From the NCBI GenBank assembly GCA_965227295.1, contig OZ245742.1, forward strand, positions 5,184,001 to 5,248,000: a DNA stretch of 64,000 nucleotides. The letters are read 5' to 3'. Shown here piece by piece: positions 58,159-64,000 of the stretch (position 1 is its first letter; each line of letters opens with the position of its first letter). Origin of the DNA: Leptonemataceae bacterium. GTDB lineage: Bacteria; Spirochaetota; Leptospiria; Leptospirales; Leptonemataceae. The translations under genes and the position numbers were made by a program. The notes beneath the pieces are model-generated. The model did no database searches, was not told the origin of the DNA, and saw nothing but the letters and a program-made list of their open reading frames with translations.

Positions 58159-60333
58159 ATGATCAACTCCATGTACCCTCGCCGTGTTCGTTTGTCGTTC
58201 ATCATTACCGCTGCGGTAACGTTGCCCTTGTTCGCCCAGGACATCCCTTCCGCGAAACGTGAATTGCCGCCGTTGTTCGAAGCGAAGGACCTCCAGCCCG
58301 AGGGACCGTTCTTCTGGATGGCGGCGCACGCGCTGGAAGCCACCGAGGCCGAAGGCATCGAAAGCATCGCGTATGCGCCGGACGGCAGCGCCCTGTTGAC
58401 CGGCGATACCGGCGATCACAGCGGCAGCAAAATCGAAGCGGGCAACGTGAACCTGTGGGACCTCAAAACGCTTCGTCGACGATGGTCGGTAAAACCCTTC
58501 GAGGCGTCACTCTACGGCGGCAACTACCCGTCCATCGACGAATTGCAGATCAGTCCGAACGGTCGTTTCGCTTCGGTCATCGCTTCGACGGATCGGCCGA
58601 AGTCTCCGCACGCCCTTAAGATTCTCTCCATGGACAACGGGCGCACGATTCACAGCGTATCGATCCCGTCGTTCTACGAACCGTGTCGCGGCAGCGTCCA
58701 CGGCGAACGCATGCATCTGGACCCGGTAAGCGCGCGTTTCACGCCGGACTCGCGCGGCTTGATCGCCTTGTTTCGCAACCAACGCGGCACGAACTACGGT
58801 CGTTGTTCGGTCGTGGAAGATCGTTGGTTGATTTACATCGAACTGAAAAACGGCGGGGAGGTGTGGAAGTACAACGTACGCCTGCCGCCGATGCCCGCTC
58901 ACGGCGTGCGCGAGAACAGTTGCCTGTTGCCGGTGCAAACCTTTGAAGTATCACCGGACGGGAACAGCGTGGTGATCGGTGATTGCGTGGGCACGCTCTG
59001 GTCCGTCAACGCGCGCAACGGCAACGAAAACTTTCGCACCGCGCCGTATTTCAAGACGCGGCGCGCCGAAGACTTTCCCGGCTCGACGGACATCTTTTAT
59101 GTTCAGTTCGATCCCCGGGACGCGAACCGCGTCTATGCCGTCGTCGGCGAATCGGGTTCGAAGACCATGGTCGCCGTAGCCGATCTGAACCGGCGGGAAT
59201 TCCTGCCGAAACTGGCTACCGGCGTAACCGATTCTCAGGCACGGTTAAGGTTTTCTCCGGACGGCCGTCTGCTGGCCCTGGGCGGAAACAATCTCTATCT
59301 CTGGGATCGTAACAGCGGCCGCGTCCTCTACATGACGTACGAAGGTACCGGCTACGCTTACTTCTTTCAGGTAAACCCGCGTTTCCAGGAAATCGCCTCC
59401 GTGGTACAAAATCACGTCGTCTTTCTGCAACCGCGACCGAAACGCAAAGACGTGCGGGTGGGCTCCGCCTGGACGGATGCGAAGATCAAAGTCCTGCCGT
59501 ACACGGCCGCGCACATTAAGGCTCGCGGAGGAGAAGTTTACGTGAGCTGGGGCTATCGCGGCATCGACGCCTACGACTACGAAAACGTAAACTACCACGG
59601 CTTCCAGGACGACTACTTCATAAAGGACGGCGGGCGGCTCGATCTGCGCGCCGAGGGCGACGGCGTTATGGCCGAAATCTACGGCGGCCTCGCCCCGAAC
59701 GAAAGCATTACGACGCTGCGTCGTTCGCTGAAGCCCTGGGGCGAGTACTGGAACAACATGGGCGCGGCCGTGCACGTCGCCGATCCGGATCCCGTCGTCC
59801 ATGATTCGGACGACAGCGACGCCGTCGCAGAGGTGGATCCCGACGACGCCGAAGAAGAACTCATCTACGCCATCAACACCGAGCGCCCGGCGCTTTTGCG
59901 CGGCGCGCTCAAGGCCGGCGCCGATCCGAACCTGCGCAACTCCATCGGTCATCCGGTCATTATGATGGCGGCGCTCTCCGGCAAAGTAGAGCTGGTGCGC
60001 ATCCTCATCAAAGCCGGCGCCGACGTAAACGCGAAGACCTCCATCGGCAGCACGGCCCTTTCCCAGGCGGCGTGGAACGGCTACGACGACATCATCATCG
60101 TTTTGGTCGAAGCCGGGGCAAACCTGGATGCTTCGTCGAACAAGGGCGTCACGGCGCTCATGCTCGCGGCGCGCAGTTGTCGGGTGGACACCGTCGGTGT
60201 CCTGGTCGACGCCGGGGCCGATCAGACCTTGAAAGATGAGGACGGCGACACGGCCTTTGACTACGCGAAGTCCAATTGCAATTACGCAACGACGGTAAGC
60301 CGCATGATCAACCGGGGGCTGAAGCCGCGCTGA
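58159..60333 (+). CDS. Secreted WD40-like beta-propeller protein with C-terminal ankyrin repeats
   Basis: Signal peptide; LWD, SPDG/SPNG repeats; acidic linker; G.TAL..AA, GADVN ankyrin motifs. Confidence 0.85.
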   Translation: MINSMYPRRVRLSFIITAAVTLPLFAQDIPSAKRELPPLFEAKDLQPEGPFFWMAAHALEATEAEGIESIAYAPDGSALLTGDTGDHSGSKIEAGNVNLWDLKTLRRRWSVKPFEASLYGGNYPSIDELQISPNGRFASVIASTDRPKSPHALKILSMDNGRTIHSVSIPSFYEPCRGSVHGERMHLDPVSARFTPDSRGLIALFRNQRGTNYGRCSVVEDRWLIYIELKNGGEVWKYNVRLPPMPAHGVRENSCLLPVQTFEVSPDGNSVVIGDCVGTLWSVNARNGNENFRTAPYFKTRRAEDFPGSTDIFYVQFDPRDANRVYAVVGESGSKTMVAVADLNRREFLPKLATGVTDSQARLRFSPDGRLLALGGNNLYLWDRNSGRVLYMTYEGTGYAYFFQVNPRFQEIASVVQNHVVFLQPRPKRKDVRVGSAWTDAKIKVLPYTAAHIKARGGEVYVSWGYRGIDAYDYENVNYHGFQDDYFIKDGGRLDLRAEGDGVMAEIYGGLAPNESITTLRRSLKPWGEYWNNMGAAVHVADPDPVVHDSDDSDAVAEVDPDDAEEELIYAINTERPALLRGALKAGADPNLRNSIGHPVIMMAALSGKVELVRILIKAGADVNAKTSIGSTALSQAAWNGYDDIIIVLVEAGANLDASSNKGVTALMLAARSCRVDTVGVLVDAGADQTLKDEDGDTAFDYAKSNCNYATTVSRMINRGLKPR

Positions 60334-60349
60334 GTAATTCCTGAAGACG

Positions 60350-61066
60350 ATGCGCGCGTTTTTGCGAAACTATCCGTACGGCGGCGTCCTCATCGATCTG
60401 GGACTCATCCTGCTCACGTACGTATTCCACGCCAGTGGGGCGTTTGCGTTCGTGCTGCAGGCCATCGCCGCAGCACCGATCAGCGCCATCGGAATCACGG
60501 CGCTTCTGCAAACGGCGGCCTTCGGCGCCTCGGCCCTGTTGTTGTTCGTCTATCGCCCGCCGGGACACGAGGTCACCCGCGCGGCCACGGCACAGTCCGT
60601 AACCTACGCGATCCTCATGTTACCGGTCATCTTCGGGCCGCAATGGACGCACATCCCGCGCGAGTCTCTGGTCACCGAAGAGATCGGGGCGGCCGGCGGG
60701 AAGTTCGGCGAGTTCGTCCTCTTTCTTTCGTTGATGGGCGTTTATGCCGCGCAGATCGCGCTGTGGATCAACATCGCTTCGAACGATGCGGCGCTGCGCC
60801 GGCACGCCTCCGCCGCGTATTTGCGACCGCTCTGCGTACCGGTGATCGGTGTGTTCTTGATGCTCGCCGAGATGCTGGTCATCACTTCCGTGGCGACGGT
60901 GCCGTCGGAGCCGGGCATCGACTGGTTTCGCGTATTGATCCTCACGTTTTCGTACTTACCGACGCGGCTTTTTCTGGTGTTCCGCCCGCCGTTCCGCTGG
61001 CTGGAAATGCTGAGCGCCTTAACTGCGTTCAGCTATTTATTAGTAAGATTGGATTTGCTATGGTAA
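60350..61066 (+). CDS. Hypothetical integral membrane protein
   Basis: 238 aa with about 7 hydrophobic helices. Confidence 0.7.
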   Translation: MRAFLRNYPYGGVLIDLGLILLTYVFHASGAFAFVLQAIAAAPISAIGITALLQTAAFGASALLLFVYRPPGHEVTRAATAQSVTYAILMLPVIFGPQWTHIPRESLVTEEIGAAGGKFGEFVLFLSLMGVYAAQIALWINIASNDAALRRHASAAYLRPLCVPVIGVFLMLAEMLVITSVATVPSEPGIDWFRVLILTFSYLPTRLFLVFRPPFRWLEMLSALTAFSYLLVRLDLLW

Positions 61067-61838
61067 CCAGGATTGTTTGTCTATTCGCGCTGATATTGAT
61101 CGCGGGTTGTTCTCGCGGGCCGGATGCGGAAGTTAGAAGAGAGCGACGCGATTACCGTACAAAACAACGCTCCGACCGTTCATCTCCTGCTGGGGAATCT
61201 CCACGCCGCTCAGGGCAATGCGGCGCTGGCGGAAGAATCCTACCGGCAAATCCTGGACATGGACGGCGAACATCCCGAGGCCGCGTACAATCTACTGCGC
61301 CTCGTGACGGCGCAACGAATCCCGCAGCACGCAGTGCAGATAATCGAAAACTGCCGGGGGAACACTATCTTTCGAAGGCCGAAGCACATCGGGAGACGAA
61401 CCGCGTCACGCAAAGTCTACAGGCTTACGATCGGGCCTTCGACCTCGGCGTCGGCGATAATATGAAGATCGCGGAACCCTGAAGAAAATTCCGGATGTGC
61501 GCCGGCAACGCCGGCTGGCGAACGAATGTTTCGAGTATGCCGTATCTCTGACCATCGACGACGACAAAGCCGCAGAACACGACTACAGCCGCGCCATTTA
61601 CTGGAACGAGAACAATGCGAAGTACTACGCGCACCGGGGCCACGTGCGCAAACGCCTGGACAATCAGAGCGGCGCCCTCGCGGACTACAAGCAGGCATAC
61701 GAATTATCCGGAGATGTGGACTATCTCACATTGCAGATGGACCTGGGCTTCATTATGGGCGCGGCCATCGAACGATCCGACATCGATGAGTCCATGCAGC
61801 GGATCGTCAAAGAGTCATTCAGGAACATCCACCCCTAA
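61060..61838 (+). pseudogene. TPR lipoprotein broken by at least three frame changes
   Basis: Lipobox LIAGC from ATG 61060; TPR-like blocks LLLGNLH..A.ESY, YLSKAEAH..AYDRA, YYAHRG..ALADYKQA in different frames. Confidence 0.7.
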
Positions 61839-63209
61839 CACCAGCGGCCCCGCGGGCCGCAGCGTAATCGCCGGAAAGAACTTCAGCTCCGGCGCGTCCT
61901 TAAGTTTCGAAAAACGTACATTACGCACGATCGTCCCCAGGATCAAGACCGCTTCCATCATGGCAAAGTGCATGCCCACGCACACCCGTTGGCCGCCGCC
62001 GAACGGCAAATAGGCGTAACGCGGCAGACGATCGAAAAGGCCGTCCAGCCAGCGCTCCGGACGAAACTCCAGGGGCGCATCGAAGTACTTCGGATCACGG
62101 TGCAACGTATACGGCGAAAACGCGCAGAGGTCGCCGCGGCGCACTTTGTAATCGCCGAGTCGCGTTTCCCGCAGAGCCTCGCGGCCCGTGATCCATACCG
62201 GCGGATACAAACGCAAAGTCTCGCGCACCACGGCGGTGCAGAACGGCAAAGCGGCCATGTCCTGCGCGCCCGGCTCCCGGCCGGCGGCCACGTTTTCGAC
62301 TTCGGCACGCAAACGATCCTGGTACTCCGGATGTTCCGCGAGGGCATGCAACGCGTACGCGAGAGCGAGCGCCGTGGTTTCATGGCCGGCGGTGAACATC
62401 GTCATTAGTTCATCGCGTAAAAGATGCCGCGGCATGGCACGGCCGTCATCGTCTCGCGCCATCAACAGTCGCGTGAGCAGATCGTCACCGGCGCGGTCTT
62501 CGGCGATGCTGCGTTCGCTCGCCGCAACAATGCGATTCAGAATTTCGTCGATGGACGTGCCGACATCGCGAATGCGCCGCACCACCGGTTGTGGAATCCA
62601 CTTCGGCACGAGCCGGCGCCAGCTGCGCATCCACAGCACGTAGTCTTCCATTAGCTGTTCGATCAACTCACCGACGCCCTCGTCGCGGTCGTCCAGCTCC
62701 GCGCCGAAGAGCGTTTCCACCACCACATCCAGCGTAAGCTGCATGAGACCGGCGTGCACGTCCGTGCTGGAGTTCTGCAAAATGCCTTCCGCGTACCTGC
62801 GTGAGCGTTTTACCATGGAGTCGGCGTACGCGCTGATTTGTTTCGGTGCCAGGGACGGAGAGATGGTGCGGCGCTGGCGTTTCCAGAGTTCGCCTTCGCT
62901 CGTTAACAGACCGTCGCCGAGCACCATCTTGAGATCGCGAATGAAACGATCCTTAATGAACGCCTCGTCGCGATTGAGCAACAGGTGGCCGATCAACTCC
63001 GGGTCTTTGATCAACACAAAGCGCAGATCGATGCCGCGGATACGAAAGGCAGGCAGTTCGTAGCGCGCAAAGGCCTCAAGGCCACTCAGCGGTTCCTTGC
63101 CGAACGCGCTGAGTTCCCGCAGACCCTTGAGCACGGGCAGCGTCTCAATTTCCCGGAGTTCGTGGGGTGCGGAAACTTCCGGAGCAGTCGCAGGATTCGG
63201 CGGATTCAT
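61815..63209 (-). CDS. Cytochrome P450
   Basis: GLLTSEG, AGHETT, ETLR, PERW, heme motif FGGGQRVCVG. Confidence 0.95.
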   Translation of the reverse strand: MNPPNPATAPEVSAPHELREIETLPVLKGLRELSAFGKEPLSGLEAFARYELPAFRIRGIDLRFVLIKDPELIGHLLLNRDEAFIKDRFIRDLKMVLGDGLLTSEGELWKRQRRTISPSLAPKQISAYADSMVKRSRRYAEGILQNSSTDVHAGLMQLTLDVVVETLFGAELDDRDEGVGELIEQLMEDYVLWMRSWRRLVPKWIPQPVVRRIRDVGTSIDEILNRIVAASERSIAEDRAGDDLLTRLLMARDDDGRAMPRHLLRDELMTMFTAGHETTALALAYALHALAEHPEYQDRLRAEVENVAAGREPGAQDMAALPFCTAVVRETLRLYPPVWITGREALRETRLGDYKVRRGDLCAFSPYTLHRDPKYFDAPLEFRPERWLDGLFDRLPRYAYLPFGGGQRVCVGMHFAMMEAVLILGTIVRNVRFSKLKDAPELKFFPAITLRPAGPLVLGVDVPE

Positions 63210-63320
63210 CCCGCAGGCTGACTCCTTCCCCGGCAGCGTCAAGTGAAAACGAACATCGGCGGATTACAGCCGGGACGTTCGTCCATATTAACTACTGCCT
63301 GGTAAAACTTTGTCGCCGCA

Positions 63321-64000
63321 TCATTGCCCGGAGGCGAGGAACTCCGCCAGCAGCCGGCCCACGGTTTCGGGATCGTCCTCCTGCAAGAAGTGCCCGCACT
63401 CCGACAAAGCCGTAAGTTCGGCGTGCGGCAGGTCCTCCTGCAATCGCCGCGCGGTATCGGCGATGTCCGGCAGAATCCAGTCCCGCTCGCCGTAGATGAT
63501 GCGTACCGGGACCTTGAAGCGCTTCAGTTTCTGCGAAATCAGGAAGAAGCCCTTGCCGCTTAACTCGCCCCCGGCGCGCCTTAACGCTTCTCGGGAATCG
63601 GCGTCCGGAAACGGCGCGGTGACGCCCGCGTATACTTCGGCGGTGAGTCGCGCGGAACGGAACATGCCGAGCCACATCGCAAAGCGCAGGCCGGCCGGAC
63701 TGCACAGCCAGCCGGCCGTGAGCGGAAGTTGCAGGCTGCCGATGAACAACTTCACGGCCCACGACATCTCCGGATACACGATCGTATTCAGAATGCCCAG
63801 GCGCTCAATGCGCTCCGGATTCCGGCAGGCCCAGTAGAGACCCACCGGCCCGCCGAGATCGTGAACCACGAGCGCCGTGGTTTCGAGACCCAGGGCGGCG
63901 CAGAAACCGTCGAGCATCTTTGCAAACGATCCGAAGCTGTAGGCGCCGTCGTGCAGCGGCTTATCGGAAAGGCCGAAACCCGGCAGGTCCGGCACGATCA
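63321..64000 (-). CDS. Haloalkane dehalogenase-like alpha/beta hydrolase (5' end outside the window)
   Basis: PDLPGFGLSDKP, VHDLGG (Asp nucleophile), GHFLQED. Confidence 0.85.
   Translation of the reverse strand, partial: IVPDLPGFGLSDKPLHDGAYSFGSFAKMLDGFCAALGLETTALVVHDLGGPVGLYWACRNPERIERLGILNTIVYPEMSWAVKLFIGSLQLPLTAGWLCSPAGLRFAMWLGMFRSARLTAEVYAGVTAPFPDADSREALRRAGGELSGKGFFLISQKLKRFKVPVRIIYGERDWILPDIADTARRLQEDLPHAELTALSECGHFLQEDDPETVGRLLAEFLASGQ

Noticed and set aside
1..64000. tRNA, rRNA, tmRNA or prophage structural genes
   Set aside because: No recognisable signatures by eye; tRNAscan-SE and cmscan would be needed to exclude them formally

Overview
A 64-kb bacterial chromosomal window of roughly 60% GC (estimated by eye), most likely from a Leptospirales/Leptospiraceae-like spirochaete. 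That placement is inferred from a DUF1564-type protein, several SpoIIE/STAS partner-switch genes and many lipoproteins. Housekeeping genes include korAB-type 2-oxoacid:ferredoxin oxidoreductase, speD, a compact UvrD-like helicase, ssb, rsmA, comEC, recQ, lpxL-like and plsC-like acyltransferases, and sppA. Main points of interest: (1) a six-gene cassette at 6.8-11.7 kb pairing two LuxI/FeeM-like acyltransferase paralogues with a 6-TM PP2C phosphatase, two SiaB/slr1658-like kinases and a STAS protein, a candidate signal-synthase plus partner-switch circuit; (2) a mosaic, hairpin-rich tandem array of ~330-bp units at 37.8-38.9 kb; (3) two dispersed repeat families, namely paired ACTCCGAGGACCGAGG inverted arms and a Flavo-1-like structured element with GNA triloops, one copy of which sits inside an IS5; (4) an accessory region at 51.9-61.8 kb with a frameshifted ImmA/IrrE peptidase, an internally deleted IS5, an intact P-loop ATPase, and a hybrid sensor gene shortened by about five internal deletions. 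I recognised no rRNA, tRNA or CRISPR array. All family assignments come from motif recognition by eye; no searches were run.
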